DNA of 49,172 nt from Candidatus Enterousia sp. (GTDB taxonomy: Bacteria; Pseudomonadota; Alphaproteobacteria; Rs-D84), in the NCBI GenBank assembly GCA_045651445.1, contig JAZRSI010000030.1:1-49172 (forward strand), read 5' to 3'. Under the pieces are notes generated by a model. That model had not been told where the DNA came from. It was given only the letters and a program-made list of their open reading frames with translations, and searched no databases. Both the position numbers and the translations under genes were made by a program. Positions 1 to 8,900 of the stretch are shown piece after piece (position 1 is the first letter of the stretch; each line of letters opens with the position of its first letter).

Positions 1-1
1 A

Positions 2-1495
2 GCCAAGGAAATTTTTGCAGATCAACCATACAAAATGGAATGGTTGAATGAATACGGTGCCGCTGGTGAAGCGTTGTCTATTTATTCATTTCGTGATTTT
101 GTAGATTTGTGTCGTGGTCCACATGTGGAAAGTTCCAAGGATTTACCACGTGATTCTTTCAAAATTCGCAGCGTTGCGGGTGCCTATTGGAAGGGAAATG
201 CAAAAAATAAAATGTTACAACGTATTTATGTTGATGCATTTGCATCCAAGGAAGATTTAGATAATTTCTTGAAAATGCAAGAAGAAGCGGCCGCACGCGA
301 TAACAGAAAATTGGGCAAAGATATGGATTTGTTCCATTTCGAACCTGATTATGCGCCCGGATCTGTATTTTGGCATGACAAAGGTTTTAAGATTTATCGT
401 AAATTGATTGAATATTTACGTGCACGTCAAGAACAGGTAGGCTATATGGAAATTTGTACACCTGCGGTTATGGATAGATGCCTATGGGAACGCAGTGGAC
501 ATTGGGCCAAATATGGTGAACATAATTATTCTGGAAAAACCCAAGATGGAAAAACGTTTTGCATAAAACCTATGTCGTGCCCAGGTGGAATGCTGGTATT
601 TGGACATGGAATTAAGTCTTATAAAGATTTGCCAATGTATGTTGCAGAATTTGGTAAAGTTTATAGATATGAAGCAGCAGGCGGTTTGTCTGGGTTAATG
701 CGTGTTCGTGAATTTACCCAAGATGACGCACATATTTTCTGTACAGAAGAACAATTGGAAGAAGAAGTTGTTAAAATTTTGAAATTTATTAAAGATATTT
801 ATTCAAAATTTGGATTCGATAATATTTCAATGAAGTTGGCAACACGTAAAGATTCAGAATTTCGTATCGGTTCCGATGAAATTTGGGACAAGGCAGAAGG
901 GGCGCTGAAACATGCGTTGGATGCAAATGGAATTGAATACGAAATAGCCGAAGGGGATGCTGCATTCTATGGACCTAAGATTGACAATTATTTGAAAGAT
1001 TCCATGGGGCGTGTATGGCAATGTGGTACGGTTCAGTTAGATATGAATTTACCAGAACGTTTTGATTTAAGTTATGTCGGCGAAGATGGTGAAAAACATC
1101 GTCCAATTATGTTGCACCGTGCCTTGTTGGGATCAATTGAACGTTTTATGGGGGTTTTGTTGGAATCCACAGGTGGGCATCTGCCATTGTGGTTAAGTCC
1201 AGAACCAGTTGTGGTAACGCCTATTTCTGAAAAACACGCAGATTATGCAAACGAAGTTGTGGCTGCGTTGCGTGGCGTTGGCATCAATACACGTGCAGAT
1301 TTAAGGGATGAAAAAGTAAATTATAAAATCCGCGAATTGTCTTTGGCAAAAACACCAATTGTCGCCGTTGTTGGTGAAAAAGAAATGGCAGATAAAACGG
1401 TTACTTTGCGTCGTTTGGGCGAACAAAAACAGGAAACGATTCCATTGGCAGAATTTGTTCAAATGATGCAAAATGCAACAAGAATGCCTTTGTAA
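2..1495 (+). CDS. thrS: threonine--tRNA ligase, C-terminal part (5' end upstream of window)
   Basis: Frame is open from base 2. Class II aaRS core and anticodon-binding region are recognisable (FRDFVDLCRGPH, MSCPGG, REFTQDDAHIFC, HRALLGSIERF). Confidence 0.95.
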   Translation, partial: AKEIFADQPYKMEWLNEYGAAGEALSIYSFRDFVDLCRGPHVESSKDLPRDSFKIRSVAGAYWKGNAKNKMLQRIYVDAFASKEDLDNFLKMQEEAAARDNRKLGKDMDLFHFEPDYAPGSVFWHDKGFKIYRKLIEYLRARQEQVGYMEICTPAVMDRCLWERSGHWAKYGEHNYSGKTQDGKTFCIKPMSCPGGMLVFGHGIKSYKDLPMYVAEFGKVYRYEAAGGLSGLMRVREFTQDDAHIFCTEEQLEEEVVKILKFIKDIYSKFGFDNISMKLATRKDSEFRIGSDEIWDKAEGALKHALDANGIEYEIAEGDAAFYGPKIDNYLKDSMGRVWQCGTVQLDMNLPERFDLSYVGEDGEKHRPIMLHRALLGSIERFMGVLLESTGGHLPLWLSPEPVVVTPISEKHADYANEVVAALRGVGINTRADLRDEKVNYKIRELSLAKTPIVAVVGEKEMADKTVTLRRLGEQKQETIPLAEFVQMMQNATRMPL

Positions 1496-1500
1496 AATAA

Positions 1501-1523
1501 ATGGGGCAGGGTATCTGCCCCAT
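1501..1523 (+). terminator. 9-bp perfect hairpin after thrS (atggggcag/ctgccccat) with no U-tract on + strand
   Basis: Inverted repeat 1501-1509 / 1515-1523 with a 5-nt loop, starting 6 nt after the thrS stop. The lack of a T-run makes terminator function uncertain. Confidence 0.3.
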
Positions 1524-1546
1524 AAAATAAAAGAAAGGAAAAATAT

Positions 1547-1690
1547 ATGAAAAAAATCTTATTTTTAATTGCGCTGGTTGCTGTTCCTGTTCTTGTTTCG
1601 GGCTGTGCAAAAAAATGCGAAGTTGAACCAATTGTTGAAGAAAATCATAAATTAATTGTTCCACCAAACTTTGGTCAAATGCCAAAATAA
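1547..1690 (+). CDS. small lipoprotein, 47 aa (below ORF-track cut-off); possible DUF3035/BamF-like motif
   Basis: ATG 1547 is preceded by aaaggaaaaa. Translation is MKKILFLIALVAVPVLVSGCAKKCEVEPIVEENHKLIVPPNFGQMPK, with lipobox LVSGC and a C-terminal L-I-V-P-P-N-F motif. A strong terminator follows. Confidence 0.6.
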   Translation: MKKILFLIALVAVPVLVSGCAKKCEVEPIVEENHKLIVPPNFGQMPK

Positions 1691-1697
1691 TTTTTAT

Positions 1698-1726
1698 GCC
1701 AAAGCATTTTGTCTTTGGCTTTTTTT
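1698..1726 (+). terminator. rho-independent terminator
   Basis: Stem gccaaag (1698-1704) / ctttggc (1713-1719) followed by a 7-T run. Confidence 0.75.
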
Positions 1727-1769
1727 ATGATATAATGTTCGTAAATAAAAAAACATGGGGGGATTTATC

Positions 1770-2588
1770 ATGAACGATGATAACAACTTGGATTTATTAG
1801 ATTTAGATGATACAGATTCTATGGATACGCTGCCGGAAACGACGCCGTTTGCCGCACCACGTCCAAAAAAACCGTGGCTATTATGGGGGGTAAGTGCCGT
1901 TATTATTATATTAGCGACATTTATTATTGTGCGTACCGTTACAGATGATTCACAGTCAACTATGGAAGTGGATTTAGATGTTCCTGCAATTGTTGTTGAT
2001 GGAACTGGCGCACCAGTTGATATGAACGTGTTGCCACCTGCACAACCCGTTCAGGCACAGCCTAAGCCTGTTGTTGTACAGCCACAGCCAAAGCCAGTGG
2101 TGCAACCGCAACCAAAACCGCAGCCACAACCAGTTGTTGCGCAGGACGCATCACAGCCAAGTGCGGGTATTCCTGTTCGTGTGGTCGAAGAACGCAAGGA
2201 AGTTAAATTTAATCCAGCAGCGGAGGAAAAACAAACTGTAAAACCACGTGCGGTTCAGGCGCCTGCCAAGGCACCGGCGACAAAGCCCGCGGCGAAGTCA
2301 ACTGCAAAACCAGCGGTAAAAACAGCGGTTGCACGTCCAGCAGCGGGTAGTTGGTATGTTCAATTTGGTTCTTATAGCACACGTGCCCAGGCGGAAACGG
2401 CACAACGCAAAATTCAAGGTGCGCATCAAAGCTTGTTCGCAGGAAAACAATTTGTTATACTTGCGGCGCAGTTACAGAATGGAACAACAACATACAGATT
2501 GCGCGTTGCGTTCCAAAATGCCAAGGATGCAAATGGTTTTTGCAGAAACGCAAAATCTGATGGACTTGATTGTTATGTCGCAAAATAA
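1770..2588 (+). CDS. SPOR domain-containing protein with TM segment and Pro-rich linker
   Basis: C-terminal SPOR pattern (GSWYVQFGSYSTRAQAETAQRKIQ...YRLRVAFQNAKDANGFCRNAK). The ATG at 1770 has a GGGGGA SD 7 nt upstream, whereas the track start is 1755. Confidence 0.85.
   Translation: MNDDNNLDLLDLDDTDSMDTLPETTPFAAPRPKKPWLLWGVSAVIIILATFIIVRTVTDDSQSTMEVDLDVPAIVVDGTGAPVDMNVLPPAQPVQAQPKPVVVQPQPKPVVQPQPKPQPQPVVAQDASQPSAGIPVRVVEERKEVKFNPAAEEKQTVKPRAVQAPAKAPATKPAAKSTAKPAVKTAVARPAAGSWYVQFGSYSTRAQAETAQRKIQGAHQSLFAGKQFVILAAQLQNGTTTYRLRVAFQNAKDANGFCRNAKSDGLDCYVAK
2044..2138 (+). repeat. in-frame Pro-rich low-complexity repeat (QPKPVV units) inside the SPOR gene
   Basis: Translation reads QPVQAQPKPVVVQPQPKPVVQPQPKPQPQPVV. 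Confidence 0.6.
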
Positions 2589-2612
2589 AAAAGGATAAAA
2601 AAGGGGATAAAT

Positions 2613-2846
2613 ATGTTTGGACGTTTTGGATGGGCTGAAATTTTAATAATTGTTGTGTTGGTCTTGATTTTGTTTGGTTCAAACAAAATCCCAGGTATGA
2701 TGAAAAATTTAGCCGATGGACTGAATATCTTTAAAAAAGAAATAAAATCAGAAAAACCAAAATCCACACCAGTGGAAACTAAAAAAATTGTGACATCTAA
2801 GAAAACGGCAAAGAAAAAACCAAAAAAGATAACGAAGAAAAAGTAA
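2613..2846 (+). CDS. tatA: twin-arginine translocase subunit TatA/E
   Basis: MFGRFGWAEILIIVVLVLILFGSNKIPGMMKNLADGL: a TM helix plus an amphipathic helix, then a Lys-rich tail. Confidence 0.9.
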   Translation: MFGRFGWAEILIIVVLVLILFGSNKIPGMMKNLADGLNIFKKEIKSEKPKSTPVETKKIVTSKKTAKKKPKKITKKK

Positions 2847-2861
2847 TATTAGGGGTAATTT

Positions 2862-4208
2862 ATGTCAAATGATGTAAAGTATTTATTTAATAAGTCTTAT
2901 TTTGTTCTTGGGTCTGACAGGGAAACAGTTGGTGTTACTGCGTATGCGGCGGACAATCAGAATGCGGTGTATTCATTGCCACAAAATAAGGGAACACCAC
3001 GTGATTACCATAATAAAAAAAATGTACTGAAAGATTTACCGTCTTTTATTGAAAATGCGGTAAAGAAAATAAAAATAGATACCCAAACCCATCCTGATGC
3101 GGCAAACGTTTCAATTGCGAAACAAATTGGTAATTCTGAATACTGTTTGGATATTGATAAAAAGGTTACACAGGATATAAAAGCCAATCGTAAATATCAT
3201 GAAAATTTATTTGAATTGGGAAATTATATAAATATGTTGAATGTCCTGACCAAATTCGAACCACGCGCAGTCGAGGCTTTATTGCGCGGTACCAAATATC
3301 CAAAAAAATCTGCATTTAATGATTTTTTGCGTGGTGTAACGCACAAAGATGTAAAAAATGCTATTGAAAATATGTCGAAAAAACAAAGGCAGGACATATT
3401 AGATTTTGCAGAAAAAAATAATTTCAAAATAGATTATTCTGCAATCGTAAAGGAAGATCGTGAGCTTTTCGGCAAGATCCACAAATCACAAAAACGCAGC
3501 AATTTAGATGTGGATATGATGATAAATCGTACGGCGATTGATATGTTACATGATGCCGCACAATATAAGTATTATCAGCGAACGGGGAATATGGGCATAT
3601 TTTTATCTGACAAAGAAAGCAAGGAAATTGAAAACATGTCAGACAAAGATATTGCTGAACATTTTGGAAAATTTGCGGTTCAATATTATGGGGATGCAAT
3701 TGTTGTGGCAAAACGTATTGAACGTATAATTTCAAATCAGCAGGATATAACACAGTTTGCGACTGATTTAAGGCGTAATTTAAATTGGGGTTTTCAAAAT
3801 CAGGGTTCGATAAGAATTATTTATAATGCGATACGGGGAAAATATAATAAATTTTCAAAAAACAAAGCGGTTACAAATCTGATATCGGGATTGTATTATT
3901 ATTGCACTGATCAACATTTGGCACGTCAGATGCAGGATGAATTTGGAATCAGACCAGATTTAATAAAAAAACAAATGCAATCCACAAAGACAAAGCGCAC
4001 CAATGCATTGCATGATGCGGCAAAACGTTTACATGCTGGAAATATTGTTTCAGGCACGGTTGTTGCCGAAGAAATTGCTTATTTGGAAAATCAATATGGC
4101 GTTGTTCCAAATGATGGAAACTATACAGCTGCCAAAATTCAAGACAAAAAATGTTTGACTAAAAGTCAGAAAGAAATTCTTGAAAGATTTGGCAAAAAAT
4201 CAAAGTAA
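2862..4208 (+). CDS. hypothetical protein, 448 aa, Lys/Asn-rich, no recognisable domain or signal peptide
   Basis: Long ORF starting 15 nt after tatA with an AGGGG SD, followed by a strong terminator. I recognise no motif. Confidence 0.7.
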   Translation: MSNDVKYLFNKSYFVLGSDRETVGVTAYAADNQNAVYSLPQNKGTPRDYHNKKNVLKDLPSFIENAVKKIKIDTQTHPDAANVSIAKQIGNSEYCLDIDKKVTQDIKANRKYHENLFELGNYINMLNVLTKFEPRAVEALLRGTKYPKKSAFNDFLRGVTHKDVKNAIENMSKKQRQDILDFAEKNNFKIDYSAIVKEDRELFGKIHKSQKRSNLDVDMMINRTAIDMLHDAAQYKYYQRTGNMGIFLSDKESKEIENMSDKDIAEHFGKFAVQYYGDAIVVAKRIERIISNQQDITQFATDLRRNLNWGFQNQGSIRIIYNAIRGKYNKFSKNKAVTNLISGLYYYCTDQHLARQMQDEFGIRPDLIKKQMQSTKTKRTNALHDAAKRLHAGNIVSGTVVAEEIAYLENQYGVVPNDGNYTAAKIQDKKCLTKSQKEILERFGKKSK

Positions 4209-4223
4209 TTGTATTCCTTCTAT

Positions 4224-4258
4224 CCCCCCCACACCATGTTTGTTGGGGGGGATTTTTT
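4224..4258 (+). terminator. rho-independent terminator (C7/G7 stem) between convergent genes
   Basis: ccccccc (4224-4230) pairs with ggggggg (4245-4251), followed by tttttt (4253-4258). Confidence 0.8.
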
Positions 4259-4272
4259 ATGGGGGTAATTTT

Positions 4273-4704
4273 TTATCCGCGACGCGCTTCGTATTCTTCT
4301 TGTTCTTCGACGGTTAACGTTGCCAAGGGACGCGCCACCATGCGTTGAATGCCAATTTCATCGCCGGATAATATACTATAACCATAGGTGCCATTGGCAA
4401 TTCTATCAAGGGCCGCATTTATTTTTTGTAATAACTTATTACTGCGTTCAGACATACGCAAATCCATTGTTATGTCTTGATTGTACGTTGCGTTATCCGA
4501 TTCGTCCCCAACACCAACGGCTTCGGTTTTATCAGCAAGACGGACCGCGTTTAGTACTTCGTCGCGTTCGCTTAATAATTCTTCACGTTGCGCGTTTAGT
4601 GTTTGATAAAAGTATGCCAAATGCTTCGGACACATATATGGTTCCGATTTCTTGGGTTTATAATTTGATGGTATTTCCAATGTTGTGTAATCTTCTTTGG
4701 ACAT
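4273..4704 (-). CDS. dksA: DksA-family RNA polymerase-binding regulator lacking the Cys4 zinc finger
   Basis: Coiled-coil region with the acidic tip (GDESDNATYNQD) and a C-terminal GTYGYSILSGDEIGIQRMVARPLATLTVEEQ. This aligns to the DksA zinc-finger region with Ser/Ser/Thr/Glu in place of the four Cys. Confidence 0.8.
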   Translation of the reverse strand: MSKEDYTTLEIPSNYKPKKSEPYMCPKHLAYFYQTLNAQREELLSERDEVLNAVRLADKTEAVGVGDESDNATYNQDITMDLRMSERSNKLLQKINAALDRIANGTYGYSILSGDEIGIQRMVARPLATLTVEEQEEYEARRG

Positions 4705-4708
4705 GTTA

Positions 4709-5026
4709 CTAACCCTTTAATTCTTCAATCCATGATAATAATGTTTCTTCGTCCATCAGGCCTGTGCGTGCTTCGATTAATTCGCCGTTCTTGAACGCCA
4801 ATACAGATGGGATGCTGCGAATGCCGTATTTCGCAGGCGTGCGACGATTCGATTCGTCAATTTCAAATTTCAAGAATTTTGCATCGTTGGTCTTGTCAGA
4901 TGCAGATTCAAAAATTGGACCAAACATACGACATGGACCGCACCATGTTGCCCAAAAATCAACCAAGGTTATGCCAGACCCAATTGCAGTGTCAATCGTA
5001 GAATCGTTTACGTGTGTTATGGCCAT
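4709..5026 (-). CDS. trxA: thioredoxin
   Basis: WCGPC active site in a 105-aa protein. Confidence 0.95.
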   Translation of the reverse strand: MAITHVNDSTIDTAIGSGITLVDFWATWCGPCRMFGPIFESASDKTNDAKFLKFEIDESNRRTPAKYGIRSIPSVLAFKNGELIEARTGLMDEETLLSWIEELKG

Positions 5027-5050
5027 GTTTTTTCTCCTTCATTTCAGTTG

Positions 5051-5078
5051 TTGATATTTGGCAAGAGTGTATTATAAT
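5051..5078 (+). promoter_or_regulatory. sigma70-like promoter for sufS operon
   Basis: ttgata (5051-5056), 16-nt spacer, tataat (5073-5078), 28 nt upstream of the sufS ATG. Confidence 0.55.
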
Positions 5079-5105
5079 CACCGAAAAATGCAAGAGAAAT
5101 CATAA

Positions 5106-6209
5106 ATGAATAAAATCATATACTTAGATGCCGCAGCAACATATCAAAAATCAGATAATGTAATTGCGAGTCAGGTTGATTTTTTAAAAAATAAATATGC
5201 AAATTCAGGTCGCGGAATTTGTGCGCGTGCCGTTGCCGTTGATGATATGATTGCAAGAACGCGCGCAAGGGTTGCAGCCTTTATAAATTCAAGGGCAGAT
5301 CAAGTGGTGTTTACGTCTGGAACAACGGCCGCTATGAATATGATAGCACGTATGATTCCGATTTCTGCCACGACAAAACTGTTGGTGTCGGACTTGGATC
5401 ATCATAGTGCAAGATTGCCCTTTGTTCAGGCGGTTAAAAAGAAAGCAGGGCGTGTTTTTGTTTGTAATCTGGATGATGATTTTAATATTGATGTAAATAA
5501 TATCCCAAGTGCAGATGTTTTTATTATTACGGCAATGTCTAATGTGTTGGGACAGGTTCAAGATGTTGAAAATATAATAAAAGTCGCACGTGAAAAAAAT
5601 CCAAATGTTATTACGGTGGTTGATGCCGCACAGTTCGTTGTGCACGAAAAAATAGATGTAACAAAATGGAATTGTGATTTTATGGCGTTTTCTGGACATA
5701 AAATAGGAACTGATACAGGGGTGGGGATTTTATATATAAAAAATCCAGAAAAGTTTTATCCAGTTAATTTTGGCGGTGGTATGGTTCTGAGGGTTCAAGA
5801 TGATGATAATTTAATTCTTGCAAATGGACCAGAAAAATTTGAATCGGGTACATTACCTTTGACGCAAATTTCCGGAATTATAGTTGCAATTGATGATTTG
5901 GAAAAAAATAGACCGGATTTGAATTTAATAAAATTTTTATATGATGAACTATCAAAAATACAAAAGATAAAGATTTTATCAAAACGTGATTCCGCATTGC
6001 TGTCTTTTGTCGTCAAAGGGATGCATGTGTTGGATTTCGGTGCCTTAATCGGGGCGCACGGGGTGTGTGTGCGTGTGGGGAATATGTGTGCGTCTTGGAT
6101 TCACAAGTTGTTAAAAATTGATGGTTCGGTACGTGTTTCTGTGGGCGGGTATAATACAATTGATGATATAAAAAAATTGATTTCATATATAAAAGATATT
6201 TTAAAATGA
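5106..6209 (+). CDS. sufS: cysteine desulfurase, class V aminotransferase (SufS-like, short form)
   Basis: PLP-lysine motif FSGHKIG and C-terminal Cys loop VRVGNMCASW. It is followed by sufT and sufE homologues. Confidence 0.85.
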   Translation: MNKIIYLDAAATYQKSDNVIASQVDFLKNKYANSGRGICARAVAVDDMIARTRARVAAFINSRADQVVFTSGTTAAMNMIARMIPISATTKLLVSDLDHHSARLPFVQAVKKKAGRVFVCNLDDDFNIDVNNIPSADVFIITAMSNVLGQVQDVENIIKVAREKNPNVITVVDAAQFVVHEKIDVTKWNCDFMAFSGHKIGTDTGVGILYIKNPEKFYPVNFGGGMVLRVQDDDNLILANGPEKFESGTLPLTQISGIIVAIDDLEKNRPDLNLIKFLYDELSKIQKIKILSKRDSALLSFVVKGMHVLDFGALIGAHGVCVRVGNMCASWIHKLLKIDGSVRVSVGGYNTIDDIKKLISYIKDILK

Positions 6210-6520
6210 TAGTAAATAAAGACGATGTTATTAATGCTTTGAAGACCGTTTATGATCCGGAAATCCCAGTTAATGTTTGGGATATGGGATTGATTTATGA
6301 TATTCAGATAAACGAATCGGATGTCGAAATAAAAATGACTTTTACAAGTCCTACGTGCCCAATGATGGAAGAAATCTTGCAACAGGTCAAAGATGCCGTT
6401 TCAAAGATAGATGGTGTCGATGGCGTTCGGGTGGATTTGGTATGGGACCCGCCATGGGATTTGTCGCGTATGTCTGATGCGGCACGTGTGGAACTTGATT
6501 TAACGAATCAGGGTTGGTAA
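6206..6520 (+). CDS. sufT: Fe-S assembly protein SufT / DUF59 (MIP18 family)
   Basis: YDPEIPVNVWDMGLIYDI...TSPTCPM. ATGA overlap with the sufS stop. Confidence 0.85.
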   Translation: MIVNKDDVINALKTVYDPEIPVNVWDMGLIYDIQINESDVEIKMTFTSPTCPMMEEILQQVKDAVSKIDGVDGVRVDLVWDPPWDLSRMSDAARVELDLTNQGW

Positions 6521-6525
6521 AAAAT

Positions 6526-6888
6526 ATGACATATCAACAGATGAAAAATTTATTACAGATAACAGAAAGTCCAATTGAAAAATTGGAATTGATGATGGAT
6601 TTTGGACGGTCTTTGGTGGTGGTGCCTGATGATGCGATTTGTTCAGAAATTTCGGGGTGTGCATCATTTGTTCAGATTTGTCGCGTCGGGGATAAATTTT
6701 ATGGTCGGGCCGATTCGGATATTGTTCGTGGAATTGTTGCAATTGTGTTGGCAATGATAGATGGAAAATCGATTCGGCAAATCAAAGATATGGATATTGT
6801 TGGCGAATTTAATTCTTTGAATTTAAACCTTGGGGCGGGGCGATTAAACGGGTTGAATGCGATTGCTGTTTTTTTACAAAATTTATGA
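6526..6888 (+). CDS. sufE: SufE-like sulfur acceptor
   Basis: SufE pattern with active-site Cys (ISGCASFVQI). The track start is TTG 6514, and ATG 6526 is more likely. Confidence 0.8.
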   Translation: MTYQQMKNLLQITESPIEKLELMMDFGRSLVVVPDDAICSEISGCASFVQICRVGDKFYGRADSDIVRGIVAIVLAMIDGKSIRQIKDMDIVGEFNSLNLNLGAGRLNGLNAIAVFLQNL

Positions 6889-6925
6889 TAAGATATAACT
6901 GATATTAACATCGGTGGGGTGGGGA

Positions 6926-7219
6926 ATGAATGACGATAAAAAAATGTTTCAAATTGGCTCGTGGTCATTTGGGATTGTTTTAATGACTTCGATTGTTTTG
7001 CAGGTTGCGTTTCGTACCCAGGATAGACAGATAAGCCGTGTGCGACGTGAAATCGTTCAAACACAGCAAAAAATTGCAGTTGCAGAAGCCAATTTTGCGT
7101 CTTATGTTCGCCCGGAAATTTTGCGTAATATTGTCGAAGGTAATATGCCCAAGGCAGAAGTGGTAAGCTTTAATAAAACGGTTAATATAGATGATTTGAA
7201 GTTTAGGGAAAATCTATAA
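6926..7219 (+). CDS. ftsL: cell division protein FtsL-like (single TM + coiled coil)
   Basis: Small bitopic protein immediately upstream of ftsI and overlapping it (TAATG). The call rests on position and architecture, with no strong motif. Confidence 0.55.
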   Translation: MNDDKKMFQIGSWSFGIVLMTSIVLQVAFRTQDRQISRVRREIVQTQQKIAVAEANFASYVRPEILRNIVEGNMPKAEVVSFNKTVNIDDLKFRENL

Positions 7220-8856
7220 TGTTCGAAGTCGGTAAAGATATTTTTAAACAGGGCTTTTCTGGGGTGCGTGGGGATCTTAATGCACGAAAAAGATTGCGCG
7301 TTTTATATGTCTGCTTCTTGATAGCGTTTACGGTTTTTATTGGTCGGACTTTGCAATTAGGATTACAAGGAACTGATAAGTCTAGGCATGTTGGTGGTAT
7401 GGGGGACTGGAATGTTCAACGTGCAGATATTGTTGATAGAAATGGCGATATTTTGGCAAAAAATGTTGAATCTGGGCATATATTCTTGCGACCCAAGGCA
7501 ATAAAAGAAAAGTACAGGGAAGAAGCCGCAAGAATAATTCATGATGTGATGCCTTATGAATATTCGCTGGCAGATGCAATTGGATTGGTGAATTCAGGTA
7601 AGTCTTTTATGTATTTGAAAAAATATGCCAGTGATGAACAACGTGAAATTGTTAAAAAAGCACGAATCGAAGGATTAGAGATAGAAAAAATCCAAACAAG
7701 AAAATATCCAAAACGAAGATTGTTTTCTCATATCGTTGGCTTTGTTGGCCAAGAAGGACATGGATTGGACGGGGCAGAAAAAATTTATGATAAATATTTA
7801 GTTGAAAATAAAGATCCTTTGCGATTGTCCGTGGATTCTCGTGTTCAGGCGGTCTTTCATGATCAATTGTCTATTGCAATGCAAAAATATAATACATTGG
7901 CGGCAATGGGGATGTTGATGGATTCAAGAACTGGTGAAATTATCGCGATGGTTTCTTTGCCGGATTATGACCCTGAAAATTTGCGCGCAGATCCCGCATC
8001 AAATCGTTTGTTCAAGCCGATGCGTAGTGTTTACGAAATGGGGTCTATCTTTAAAATATTTAATACGGCATTGGCGTTGGAAAATGGTATGCCAATCGAA
8101 AAAGAATATTATGTTGCCAAGCCTTTCCCGATTCATGATAAATTCGGTCGTGTTGCACATAGAATTACAGATATTCGCAGTTTTAAGCCACCACGTCCAA
8201 GTATCAATATCGAAGAAATTATGCTACATTCTTGTAATGTAGGAAGTGCGCAAATCGCACTTGATTTACCTGATGGGGCACAAAAGGATTTCTTTGAACG
8301 GTTGCATATGGACAAGGCGTTGAATTTGGAATTTGGGCGTACAGAAAATTCTATTCCACAAAGAAAGTGGGGGCCTGTTGAAAGGGCAACGTTATCTTTT
8401 GGGCATGGATATGCGGTAACGCCGATGCATTTAATGTTGGCGGTTAATGCGGTTACTAATGGTGGAATTTATATTTATCCGACATTACAAAAAAGAAGTG
8501 TTGGTGTTGTACGTGGTGAACGTGTGTTGGCGGATGAAATTTCTGCAAAGTTGCGCCCGATTATGTTGCGTGTCGCAGAAGAGACTAGTGGAAAACAAGC
8601 GCGTGTTTCAGGAATAAAAATTGCCGGAAAAACGGCTAGTGCAGAAAAATATATTAATGGTAAAATTGACAAGAAACGTAATATTACAGCCTTTGTCGCA
8701 ACGTTCCCAGCAGATGCCCCACAGTATATTATTTTGGTCGTTTTGGATGAACCAAAGGGAACAAAAGAATCTTGGGGATGGCGTACGGCTGCGTGGAATG
8801 CGGTGCCAACAACGGGAAAAATTCTTGATGGCATACTGCCGTTGCTATTTGAATAA
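7219..8856 (+). CDS. ftsI: penicillin-binding protein 3 / peptidoglycan D,D-transpeptidase FtsI
   Basis: N-terminal TM plus transpeptidase motifs SIFK (SxxK), SCN (SxN) and KTA (KTG variant). Confidence 0.9.
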   Translation: MFEVGKDIFKQGFSGVRGDLNARKRLRVLYVCFLIAFTVFIGRTLQLGLQGTDKSRHVGGMGDWNVQRADIVDRNGDILAKNVESGHIFLRPKAIKEKYREEAARIIHDVMPYEYSLADAIGLVNSGKSFMYLKKYASDEQREIVKKARIEGLEIEKIQTRKYPKRRLFSHIVGFVGQEGHGLDGAEKIYDKYLVENKDPLRLSVDSRVQAVFHDQLSIAMQKYNTLAAMGMLMDSRTGEIIAMVSLPDYDPENLRADPASNRLFKPMRSVYEMGSIFKIFNTALALENGMPIEKEYYVAKPFPIHDKFGRVAHRITDIRSFKPPRPSINIEEIMLHSCNVGSAQIALDLPDGAQKDFFERLHMDKALNLEFGRTENSIPQRKWGPVERATLSFGHGYAVTPMHLMLAVNAVTNGGIYIYPTLQKRSVGVVRGERVLADEISAKLRPIMLRVAEETSGKQARVSGIKIAGKTASAEKYINGKIDKKRNITAFVATFPADAPQYIILVVLDEPKGTKESWGWRTAAWNAVPTTGKILDGILPLLFE

Positions 8857-8900
8857 TTTTCGATTATAATATCACTGATAATAAAAAAAAAGAGTAGAAG

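Noticed and set aside
1401-1685. 94-aa minus-strand ORF
   Set aside because: It lies antisense to the thrS 3' end, the hairpin and the small lipoprotein gene. It has no support.
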